DNA from: Fidelibacterota bacterium
Lineage (GTDB): Bacteria; Fidelibacterota; Marinisomatia; Marinisomatales; UBA1611
Length of the DNA: 64,000 nucleotides
Reading direction: 5' to 3'
NCBI GenBank assembly: GCA_028101095.1
Contig: JAOHKG010000002.1
Span: 7,916-71,915, forward strand
Shown here: one piece after another, positions 8,707-17,287 of the stretch
Position numbering within the stretch: the stretch's first letter is position 1
Layout: each line of letters starts with the position of its first letter
The notes under the pieces: model-generated
The model's input: only the letters and a program-made list of their open reading frames with translations
Database searches by the model: none
Told to the model about the DNA's origin: nothing
Made by a program: the position numbers and the translations under genes

Positions 8707-9251
8707 AAAAAATACAATCTGGATTTACATTTATTGAAGTTGTCATCTCCTTGGCGATTGTAGGAGTGATCAGCGGGCTATCCATTTCCATGTTGTTGCA
8801 AGGAACTGAAATCTTTGTTGGCGCTAAGGACGATAGTCATTTAATGAATGAATCTAGAACTGCAATTTGGAGAATTTCTCGAGAAGTGCACAATCTAGCC
8901 AGTAATAACTTTCTAGAGTTATCGAAGAGTAACCGTATTTATCTTAAAGATGCCAAGGCGAGGCAAGTTGATTTCGTTCTCGTTGATGAAAATATAAATA
9001 TTAATAGGAATCAACAGCAGAATGTACTCACTGGATTCTTGGACAATACCCTAACTAATAACTTTAAATATATTAGTAGGGAAAGCATCGCCATAAATAG
9101 CTCAAGCGGGATAAGTGGTAGTGAAGCAAGTACCGTGAATCTTCTAAAGTTAGATTTACAATTTTCTAAAGATAGTCAGAAAATTAATTTAGGAACTCAT
9201 GTTTATCCTTATGGTTTCAAATTTGGAAAAAAAATGAGCTATCATGATTAA
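8703..9251 (+). CDS. Minor pilin (PilW/GspJ-like)
   Basis: 182 aa. TTG start overlaps the upstream stop. IQSG|FTFIEVVISLAIVGV. Confidence 0.72.
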   Translation: MKKIQSGFTFIEVVISLAIVGVISGLSISMLLQGTEIFVGAKDDSHLMNESRTAIWRISREVHNLASNNFLELSKSNRIYLKDAKARQVDFVLVDENININRNQQQNVLTGFLDNTLTNNFKYISRESIAINSSSGISGSEASTVNLLKLDLQFSKDSQKINLGTHVYPYGFKFGKKMSYHD

Positions 9252-10896
9252 TTTCTTTATGAAAAAAATCAAAGATGAATCTGGGATGGCATTGACAGCT
9301 TCTACCATGTTTGTTTTTGTTGTGCTAAGTATAATGGCTTTTTATCTAGCTCGGTTTTCTATACTTAGTAGCGAGAGCGCTGGTCATTATCTACAGAATG
9401 TGCGTGCAAGAAATTTAGTTCAAACAGGCCTTGAGATAGGTCTGCAAACAGTTAGTACCTCTTACTCTTCTTTGCAATCTTCAATTACTGGGAAACTGAA
9501 TAAAGGTACTTACACTGTTTCAGTTGATAATAGCAAAGATGAAGTTAATTCTAATTTAGCTTACAATCATTATTCGCTTTTGAAAAGCACAACGGTAGTT
9601 GGAGGAGTGCATAGGGCCGGACGTTTAATTATAAGTCCTTATCCAAATGCTTTTAATCTTTCTTTATTTTCAGATAATCAAAGCAATGGAACTTTTAATG
9701 CCAATTCTAATAGCTCTATTTCAGGCGACTTTTTTTTTAATGGTACGATTTCAAATGTGACGATGGGAAATAATAGTGTCGCATATTCTAGTTCGAGTTC
9801 TTCTTCTTCCCCCATTATTTTCCATGGATTACCAAAGCCATCCTTTCCTGTTTTAAATCATTCCATTTATACAAATATCTTAGCGACTGTTTCTGGCCAA
9901 TACAATCCCTCTTCTGGTGGAGGGCAAACAGGAAGTGCAACGGCTACGGTTTGGAACCCCAGTGGTGGTCATTGCAATGTTTGTCCTAATGATGCAAACA
10001 GTAATAATAGATATGCTTGCTCTAAAGGGTATGGTGGCTGGTCGAACAGTCATAGTTTTAATGATTTCATTCCAACAGGTAGTATTGCAAATAGAATTAA
10101 AATTAGATTTAAAGGTGCTACCCCTTGTGGTGGGACATGGAATATCTCTCCATCAGTGAATGGGCAAATCATAAACAATGATAGTTGGTATGGTTCGGGA
10201 TGCCAGTGTAATTCCTGTTCGACAAAAGATGTTGTAAGCGCATCTCACACAAATGGTTTTCCGGGATACAAATATGGGGCTAGTAATTCTTTAACTTTTA
10301 GTCATTCGGGTACTCAGACTTGTATTGGGTATGTCCAGGTTATAATAGACTATTCAGCTTCTTCTGTTCCTGGAGTTGCGGAGAATAAATCTATTAATCT
10401 ATCGAGTTTTACGAATAACACGCTAATGCATGATGGTAATTTGACCTTGACTAGTTGTAATATCTCTGGCTCTGGTTATATTCTAGCTTCTGGTAATATC
10501 ACAATCTCTGGAAATACAACCATAGGAGGGGGCGTCAAGATTATATCTGAAAAAGCCCTCACAATAAATGGCAGCAGTTCTATTGGATCTTCTATCTCTA
10601 ACTATTGTGTCCTATATGGGAAAGAGGGTGTTAGTATTCAAGGGAGTACTTTTTTTGGATTAATAATTTCGTTGGGAAATTCACTTTCCTTGACAAGCTC
10701 AACTTTAAATGGAGCAATACTAACTGAGTCTTCAGCGAATACTTTGAGTAATGCAACGATAAATGGGTCTATTGTATCAAAAAATAATTTAAGTTTGACC
10801 TCTAGTAATATAGTAAAAAGTAATTTACCCGATCTTTTTGGATTGAATCTTGGTTTTAAACCTTCAGTTCTCCCAGGGTCTTATTTAGAATATTAA
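9244..10896 (+). CDS. Large PilX/GspK-like pilus-associated protein with a Cys-rich module and a repeat-rich C-terminus
   Basis: 550 aa. DESG|MALTASTMFVFVVLSIM hydrophobic N-terminus without Glu+5. Eight Cys within about 125 aa. C-terminal NISGSGYILASGNITISGNTTIGGG-type repeats. Confidence 0.55.
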   Translation: MINFFMKKIKDESGMALTASTMFVFVVLSIMAFYLARFSILSSESAGHYLQNVRARNLVQTGLEIGLQTVSTSYSSLQSSITGKLNKGTYTVSVDNSKDEVNSNLAYNHYSLLKSTTVVGGVHRAGRLIISPYPNAFNLSLFSDNQSNGTFNANSNSSISGDFFFNGTISNVTMGNNSVAYSSSSSSSSPIIFHGLPKPSFPVLNHSIYTNILATVSGQYNPSSGGGQTGSATATVWNPSGGHCNVCPNDANSNNRYACSKGYGGWSNSHSFNDFIPTGSIANRIKIRFKGATPCGGTWNISPSVNGQIINNDSWYGSGCQCNSCSTKDVVSASHTNGFPGYKYGASNSLTFSHSGTQTCIGYVQVIIDYSASSVPGVAENKSINLSSFTNNTLMHDGNLTLTSCNISGSGYILASGNITISGNTTIGGGVKIISEKALTINGSSSIGSSISNYCVLYGKEGVSIQGSTFFGLIISLGNSLSLTSSTLNGAILTESSANTLSNATINGSIVSKNNLSLTSSNIVKSNLPDLFGLNLGFKPSVLPGSYLEY

Positions 10897-10909
10897 TCTA
10901 GGAGTGACT

Positions 10910-11245
10910 ATGTACAAGTTCTTTATAAAAAATATTTTATGTTTCATGGCTATTGCACCTCTTTTCTCTTCTGAGAGTGAATATACACTTTTTGGCGAAA
11001 GTCGTTATGCTCTATCTGATGGTGATTCTCTTGATGATGTTAGAATTATCTGTAAGAATGATGCCATTCGAAATATGAATCAAAATATTATGATGCTACC
11101 CCCTGATGCAATTAATATTGATTGTCTAGTAAGAAACTTGTTTGATTTGACTTTAGTAGAAGAAAGTATCAATGAAAACCTCCTCTATGTTAAATATGAA
11201 GCTAAAATAAATACAAGCGCCCTTTTTGATACGTGTTCTAAATAA
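10910..11245 (+). CDS. Small exported hypothetical protein
   Basis: AGGAG RBS then ATG 10910 (the track starts at GTG 10904). N-terminal signal-like FFIKNILCFMAIAPLFSS. Confidence 0.5.
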   Translation: MYKFFIKNILCFMAIAPLFSSESEYTLFGESRYALSDGDSLDDVRIICKNDAIRNMNQNIMMLPPDAINIDCLVRNLFDLTLVEESINENLLYVKYEAKINTSALFDTCSK

Positions 11246-11311
11246 AAAACCTCGTTAATTAAGGCGTAAAATAGATCTTATAGTTTTACTAATTTATTTG
11301 TAATATAAAAT

Positions 11312-11737
11312 GTGTATGAATTATCTATCATATTAGTTGCAATTGGAGTAATAACTCTTGTGTTCTCATTCATCTTAATTGTTTTTCCAGAAGCTATATT
11401 AAAATCAGATGAAACTGCGAGTCGCTTATTCCTAACAGATTCTTTTGTAATAAAAAATAGAATTTCTGTTGGGGTTTTTTCCTTTATTGCTTCATGCTTG
11501 ATGTTGTATACATATTTTAATACCAACCTAAATATTTATTTCCTCTCCATTGGAATTGTAGCTTTAATTTATTCTGTGACGTTAGTTTTCTTCCCAATGG
11601 GACTTTTAAAGGTCGAGAGGCATGCAAATAAAATTTATATGACAGATGATTTTTTTTACACTAATAAGAATATTGTTGGCGCAGTGCTGTGCGCTTTATC
11701 TTTCTTTATGATTTACACATTTATGACATTAATTTAA
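11312..11737 (+). CDS. Four-TM membrane protein made of two homologous halves
   Basis: 141 aa, GTG start. The halves align: FPEAILKSDETASRLFLTDSF with FPMGLLKVERHANKIYMTDDF. Confidence 0.55.
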   Translation: MYELSIILVAIGVITLVFSFILIVFPEAILKSDETASRLFLTDSFVIKNRISVGVFSFIASCLMLYTYFNTNLNIYFLSIGIVALIYSVTLVFFPMGLLKVERHANKIYMTDDFFYTNKNIVGAVLCALSFFMIYTFMTLI

Positions 11738-11756
11738 AGGTCTTTATTGACAAAGG

Positions 11757-14700
11757 ATGATTGAATTATTTAAAACGATAGGATTGGATTCCGATCCATT
11801 TACAACTTCTCCTAATGTTGAGAAGTTCTACCCTGCCACACAGCATCGTCAATGCTTAGAAGGGTTAGAGCTTGCAATACGTATGAGACGAGGTCTCTCC
11901 GTAATTCGTGGGGGTATTGGTGTTGGTAAAACGACGGTAAGTAGAAAGCTTATTGAGGTTTTTAAAAACGAGTCCAACACATACAATTTCCATCTTATCT
12001 TAGATCCAAAATTTGATTCGGAGCTGATATTCCTCAAACATATTATTGATCTTTTTGGGATTAAAACTACTGGTGTCGATGTACAAGGGTGCCGCAATAT
12101 AATTGAAAACTACTTACTTAAAACGGGTATTGATGAGAACAAGGTTACGGTTCTAATAGTAGATGAGGGTCAAAATCTTCCAGCAGAAATGATTGATGTT
12201 TTCAGGACGCTTCTTAACTTTGAAACAGATGAATACAAGCTTCTTCAGTTGATTATCTTTGGCCAGCCTGAGATGACAAAGCTTCTGAATGATTATCCGA
12301 ACTTTGAAGACAGGATTGCGTTCAACTTTGAATTAGGCCCAGTATCACTTGAAGATGCAAGGGGACTGGTAGATTATCGTATCGAAAATTCTGGTGGAAA
12401 AAAAGGCGCTTGGTTTAGCGATGAGTCCATTAAAATGATTCATGATGTAACCGATGGGTATCCCAGAAAAATTACTCAACTATGTCATCAATTATTATTG
12501 ACAATGATTGGAGACGAAAGAACGGCAATTGATGCAGAGATGGTCAATCGTGTGACGTCTGGTCAAACTCCAGATGCAGAAAATTTAAAGAAATTATCTC
12601 AAGGCAATAATTATGATGATATTGCTGTAAATAAGCTTTTGGACGTCCTCAGAAAAAAAGATCAAGAAGGAACCAACGCCAAGGAACCGGAAACTGTTGC
12701 AAAAGAGCCTGTGTCGCCAGTCGTTCCTAAAGCACCTGTTGCATCAGCCCCTCCTGCGGAACCTACTGAGGTTGAGAAGCCAAAAGAAATAATTCAGCCT
12801 GTCTTAGAAGAAGAAAGTACAGAGCCGACGGCTCCGCCTGAAGAACCCCCCGTCATAAATGAACCACCCTCTGTGGTTGAAAAGCCAGTTGATTTAGATG
12901 ATGAATGGATTGGGGGCTCTACTGAATCCTTAGCGGCTGAAGTAGAGAAGGATCAAGAGGTGAAACTTGAAGAAAACTCTTCCTTAATTGGAAGCGATAT
13001 TGAAGAGGAAGAGAATGAGGTCCCAGCGTATCAGCAAAAAAGTATTGTTGTTCCTCAAGATCCACTCAATGAGCCTGGTACATTTGATCAAGGGTTACAA
13101 TCATTAAATACTTTTTTTGATCCAGCATCTATTGGTGTGAATATTGATGGAGATCATTTGTCCTCTGTAATGATTAATAACACAAAAGGAGTTAAAACGT
13201 TAATCTCCTATGAATATCAGTTAGAAAAATCATCGGGGGAAGATTTTTTTAATGAGCCCGATAGTTTCTATGAAAAATTTAAAAGAAGTCTAAATCGTTT
13301 AAACGAAAAGTTCTTCCCTATTAAAGAATTACATGGAAGGTCGTTACAAACGATAAGCAACAAATCAAATATTTATTTTTCTCAGAATCATGAAAAAGTA
13401 ATGGTTAAGTTTGTTGAATTAGCTGGGGATGCAAAAAAAGATAAGAAAGAGATTGTTAAGTACACCCTTGGTAAGAAGTTGTCTTTTCCTGTAGATAATG
13501 CGATCTTAAACATCAAGCCGGATAAAGAAGATAAAATTTCAGTAGGTGTAGCAGATAAAAATTCATTACTTAAGGTGACGGATACTCTATCAGAAAATGG
13601 AGTTGATATTCGAGATTGGATGCCTACAGCACAATCTATTTTCAATGCGTATATATGGAACTACAAAGATATAAATATTAAAGGTCAAAATAATATTTTA
13701 TTCAATATTGGTCACACAGAGAGTACCGTTATTGCATGTGAAGGTGATAAAATTAGATCTGTCAATGTTTTGTACTTTGGATATAAAAATTTAATGGATG
13801 TTTTGATTGAAAATAAAATATCAGAGGATCCTGAAAAACTAGAATCTCTTGATGTCCCTTCTACTTTTTTATCGAATCAAGGCATAACAAGTAAGCCGAA
13901 TAAATTAGACAATACACTTAGGCCAACTTTTGATTTATGGAGCCAAGAAATTGAACGAGTAATAAATAGAACGAGAAGAGTAATTAATATCACTGAAAGT
14001 TCTAAAATTCTTGTTTCTGGCCTTGCGGGTAAAATTAAAAATATAGATCTTTTCATCGAAGGGGCAACTCAGATAAGATGTGGTGTCCTCAACCCAGTAA
14101 GAAACCTTACCTTTTCTCCTTTTGATAGTGAGAGGAATTCTATCCCCTTTCATCCAACGTTATTAACTCCTGCGATCGGCGCGGCATTAAGTATTCCTTC
14201 AGGGATAAGTGTTCTGCCAAAAGATCTAGTCAAAGGAAATTATTTTAGATGGGCAACGCGCGTTGTTTCTATGGTTGCTGTTGGTGTTATGTTCTTTGCC
14301 GCTCTCCAAACGTATCAGCTTTTTTCTAAGAACAATCAGCTTAATTTAGACCTACTTCCTGCCTCTATAGGTGCAAGAAAACTTAATAGTGTCAATGAAG
14401 AATTTTCTATTGCGGTTCAAAACCGTAATAATGTTAAGAATCAAATTGAGCTATTAGCCTATGATACGGATTATTTTGATAGGATCATTGCCATCACAAG
14501 ATTTTTAAGTAACCGCCTTCCATCTGAAATTACTTTAGAAAGAATGAGTTTTCAGCAAGGATGGGAAAAAAAGTTACTCCGTAAACAAGGTAGAGCTCTG
14601 CAATCCTTTATTGAAATGGAAGATGAAGACAAGCGGATTGTAAGAATGGTTGGAAACCTAACTGCAAATCCTGCATTAAAAGATCGCTACTTTAATAATT

Positions 14701-14816
14701 TTCTGGAAATTTTAGAAGATTCCAAACTTTTTAAATCTGTTGATGTCATGGAAAAAGGTTCAAAAGCAGATGATGGTCCCAATAATATTCAATATGATAT
14801 TAAGTGTGTTTTCTAA
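11757..14816 (+). CDS. Fusion protein: ExeA/MshM-type AAA ATPase + Pro-rich linker + PilM/MshI-like actin-fold domain + TM + PilN-like domain
   Basis: 1019 aa. GGIGVGKTT Walker A and LIVDEGQNL Walker B at the N-terminus. PEPT-rich linker (about nt 12670-12900). IGVNIDGDHL and LFNIGHTESTV PilM-like motifs. TM segment WATRVVSMVAVGVMFFAAL. Confidence 0.7.
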   Translation: MIELFKTIGLDSDPFTTSPNVEKFYPATQHRQCLEGLELAIRMRRGLSVIRGGIGVGKTTVSRKLIEVFKNESNTYNFHLILDPKFDSELIFLKHIIDLFGIKTTGVDVQGCRNIIENYLLKTGIDENKVTVLIVDEGQNLPAEMIDVFRTLLNFETDEYKLLQLIIFGQPEMTKLLNDYPNFEDRIAFNFELGPVSLEDARGLVDYRIENSGGKKGAWFSDESIKMIHDVTDGYPRKITQLCHQLLLTMIGDERTAIDAEMVNRVTSGQTPDAENLKKLSQGNNYDDIAVNKLLDVLRKKDQEGTNAKEPETVAKEPVSPVVPKAPVASAPPAEPTEVEKPKEIIQPVLEEESTEPTAPPEEPPVINEPPSVVEKPVDLDDEWIGGSTESLAAEVEKDQEVKLEENSSLIGSDIEEEENEVPAYQQKSIVVPQDPLNEPGTFDQGLQSLNTFFDPASIGVNIDGDHLSSVMINNTKGVKTLISYEYQLEKSSGEDFFNEPDSFYEKFKRSLNRLNEKFFPIKELHGRSLQTISNKSNIYFSQNHEKVMVKFVELAGDAKKDKKEIVKYTLGKKLSFPVDNAILNIKPDKEDKISVGVADKNSLLKVTDTLSENGVDIRDWMPTAQSIFNAYIWNYKDINIKGQNNILFNIGHTESTVIACEGDKIRSVNVLYFGYKNLMDVLIENKISEDPEKLESLDVPSTFLSNQGITSKPNKLDNTLRPTFDLWSQEIERVINRTRRVINITESSKILVSGLAGKIKNIDLFIEGATQIRCGVLNPVRNLTFSPFDSERNSIPFHPTLLTPAIGAALSIPSGISVLPKDLVKGNYFRWATRVVSMVAVGVMFFAALQTYQLFSKNNQLNLDLLPASIGARKLNSVNEEFSIAVQNRNNVKNQIELLAYDTDYFDRIIAITRFLSNRLPSEITLERMSFQQGWEKKLLRKQGRALQSFIEMEDEDKRIVRMVGNLTANPALKDRYFNNFLEILEDSKLFKSVDVMEKGSKADDGPNNIQYDIKCVF

Positions 14817-15415
14817 TGAATAAACTTTTTAATAATCATTACAATTTATTTATTTCCATCTCAACGGTGACAATTTTAGCGATAGGAATATGGTACCTGA
14901 CTTTATTTACTAGCCTTAAAACTGAAAATAATAAATTAGCGAGAGATTTAAAGTCTCAAAAATCTAAATCAACTCAAGCCGAAAAAACATTCAATGATTT
15001 AGCTTCAGTCAAAAGAGAATGGTCCGATTATAATTTAGATTTTGAAGATAAGATTAACAGGATTCCAGATATATCAAATCAAAAGAGAATCTTCAATGTT
15101 ATTTTTGACATAATAAAAAAATCTGAAATAAAAGTAGACTCTTGGTCGCCATCAAAATTCCCTGTCGAGGAAAAAACAATATTTATCCCTGATACAAATG
15201 AGGAAATTATGATTTCCAAGTATCCAATAGATATCCAAATTATATGTACCTTCCCTGACTTTGGAATACTTCTAGAAAAGTTGAGGTCTGAAGATACGCG
15301 GCTATCTGTTTCCAATGTAAATATCATAGAAAAAGGTGGCACGGAAAGACAAACAATAAGCTTTATTATTTATACTTATTTCCAAACTGCTTTAACATTA
15401 AAAGTTGTGAATTAG
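14816..15415 (+). CDS. PilO/MshJ-like pilus assembly protein
   Basis: ATG overlaps the upstream stop (TAATG). One N-terminal TM, a coiled-coil-like segment, and the expected position after PilMN. Confidence 0.5.
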   Translation: MNKLFNNHYNLFISISTVTILAIGIWYLTLFTSLKTENNKLARDLKSQKSKSTQAEKTFNDLASVKREWSDYNLDFEDKINRIPDISNQKRIFNVIFDIIKKSEIKVDSWSPSKFPVEEKTIFIPDTNEEIMISKYPIDIQIICTFPDFGILLEKLRSEDTRLSVSNVNIIEKGGTERQTISFIIYTYFQTALTLKVVN

Positions 15416-15426
15416 AATCAAATAAT

Positions 15427-15978
15427 ATGACGAATAGATTAAAATTACTTACAACCGGTCTAGTGCTTTCCTTAATCTTTGCGGTTAATGACTACTATCA
15501 AATGTCGCAGAAACGTCCAAAGCCTAGAGTGACAACAAGAAAGGCAAAACCGAGTATTCAAAAGATTCGAAAGAAATCAAATATTTCTCGTCAAAAGAAA
15601 GTAATTGAAGAAGCCGCTAAATCAAATTTGTCTGCAATGGACACTCATGGTGAATTTTTAGAAATACCTGAAGAAATCCTTCAAATGAGCCAATGGAACA
15701 GAAATCCTTTCATTCAGAAAAAGAATTTGAAGTTGGGTAGTGAGCCTGAAATAATTTCAAATAGAAATTTAAAAGAAGAACAGCCTCGCATGGCTGATTT
15801 TGAACTGCTAAAAATAGAGTCTGTTGCAAAGCTTGATGATAAGGTTTATGTCATCATAAATGGAAATAGATATGAAGAAGGGGATCGTATTGATCGCTAT
15901 ATGATTGAAGATATTTATGATGATAGAGTTGTTTTTCTACTGGGAGATACTCGTGTATTAAAGGGCGTTGGTAAATAA
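15427..15978 (+). CDS. PilP/MshK-like pilus assembly protein
   Basis: 183 aa. N-terminal TM, basic linker, C-terminal beta-rich segment KVYVIINGNRYEEGDRIDRYMIEDIYDDRVVF. Position immediately before the secretin. Confidence 0.45.
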   Translation: MTNRLKLLTTGLVLSLIFAVNDYYQMSQKRPKPRVTTRKAKPSIQKIRKKSNISRQKKVIEEAAKSNLSAMDTHGEFLEIPEEILQMSQWNRNPFIQKKNLKLGSEPEIISNRNLKEEQPRMADFELLKIESVAKLDDKVYVIINGNRYEEGDRIDRYMIEDIYDDRVVFLLGDTRVLKGVGK

Positions 15979-15982
15979 TAAA

Positions 15983-17287
15983 ATGAAGAATCTTTTAATA
16001 ATAATATTTCTTTTTTCTTCTTTTTCTTTTTCTCAAAATAATTTAAATGTTACTTCTATTACAGAGCAGAATGAAGCTGTAAATAGTTTAGATCAGAATA
16101 TGTCTATTAATATGGAAAACTCTGATATAAAAAATGTTCTAATGTTAATCGGTGAACTTACTGGATTAAATATTGTTATCAGTCCTGCTGTAAAAGATAC
16201 GATCACTGCTTCTCTAATTGATGTAACAGTAAAGGCTGCTCTTGATGCAATATTAAAACCAAATGGTTATAGCTACTTTTTCCAAGAAAATATTATTGTT
16301 GTGAAAGGTAGTGATACACAAATGGTTGGAGAGCTAGAAACGGTTGTAGTGAAATTAAATTATATTAATTCAAGTGATTTAATTGGCACTCTTAGTGCTG
16401 TTTTAACCCCTAGGGGAAAGGTGCAACCATTCACACCTCTTGTTTCAAAACAAAGTAATAGCGGATCATCAAATATTATTGTGATCTCTGATATCCAAGA
16501 AAATATTAATTCTGTATTGAAGATTATTGAAACTTTAGATGTTCCGATTCCAAACATAAATATTGCCATCCGGTTTATTGAAACTAATCTAGATACTCTG
16601 AGAGGCTTTGGAATTGATTGGAGTCGAACACCACTAAGCCCCGGAGAATATGGAATCCAAGATTCAAGCACTACTCTTGGAATTAGTCTGGACAATGTCA
16701 CAATTGCAACACTTAATCCACTCCAACTGACAAATGCGCTAAAAATTATGCAAGCTCGAGGCCAGTCAAAGCTTTTATCAAGCCCTCAGGTGACAACTTT
16801 GGATAATCATGAAGCTGAAACGGAAACGGTAACGACTGTATATATCGAAGGAAATATTAGCAACCAAAACCAGCTAGGACAGCAAGGATCTCAAAATCAG
16901 AGTAGCTCCAGCTTAGGTAGTAATATCTTAGTAAACCAAGTCCAGGAGAAAGATATTGGCATAAAGCTAAAAGTTACTCCTAGAATAAATAATGATTCAA
17001 AAATAACAATGCTTGTTGATGCGCAAGTAGAGGCTCTTTTATCTGCTGCAGAAATTGACACTGAAAAACCTAGATCTACAAAAAGAACTGTCAAAACTCA
17101 AGTAACGGTGGTAGATGGTAATACGGCTATCATTGGTGGATTGATTGCCGAAAACACTTTAGAGTCAAAAAAGTTTGTTCCAATATTAAGTTCGATTCCT
17201 TTGTTGGGAAATCTTTTTAAATCTTCTACTATTGAGAAGGAACAACGTGAATTATTAATCTTTATTACACCAACCATAGTTGACTAA
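15983..17287 (+). CDS. pilQ: Secretin (PilQ/MshL/GspD family), short form
   Basis: Signal peptide MKNLLIIIFLFSSFSFSQ. N-domain NIKNVLMLIGELTGLNIVISP. C-terminal secretin hallmark VPILSSIPLLGNLFKS...RELLIFITPTIV. Confidence 0.88.
   Translation: MKNLLIIIFLFSSFSFSQNNLNVTSITEQNEAVNSLDQNMSINMENSDIKNVLMLIGELTGLNIVISPAVKDTITASLIDVTVKAALDAILKPNGYSYFFQENIIVVKGSDTQMVGELETVVVKLNYINSSDLIGTLSAVLTPRGKVQPFTPLVSKQSNSGSSNIIVISDIQENINSVLKIIETLDVPIPNINIAIRFIETNLDTLRGFGIDWSRTPLSPGEYGIQDSSTTLGISLDNVTIATLNPLQLTNALKIMQARGQSKLLSSPQVTTLDNHEAETETVTTVYIEGNISNQNQLGQQGSQNQSSSSLGSNILVNQVQEKDIGIKLKVTPRINNDSKITMLVDAQVEALLSAAEIDTEKPRSTKRTVKTQVTVVDGNTAIIGGLIAENTLESKKFVPILSSIPLLGNLFKSSTIEKEQRELLIFITPTIVD

Noticed and set aside
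9917-10159. 80-aa same-strand ORF in an alternative frame inside the PilX-like gene. Similar nested ORFs occur at 24314-24520, 41746-41928, 45950-46144 and 49156-49347.
   Set aside because: All are nested in longer ORFs that have strong motif support. They lack an RBS and family signatures, so they are treated as frame artefacts.
12660-12900. Local G+C-rich patch in otherwise AT-rich DNA. Considered as a sign of foreign DNA or a repeat element.
   Set aside because: It is explained by the Pro/Ala/Glu-rich linker (KEPVSPVVPKAPVASAPPAEPTE...) of the fusion protein. It is in frame and has no flanking repeats.
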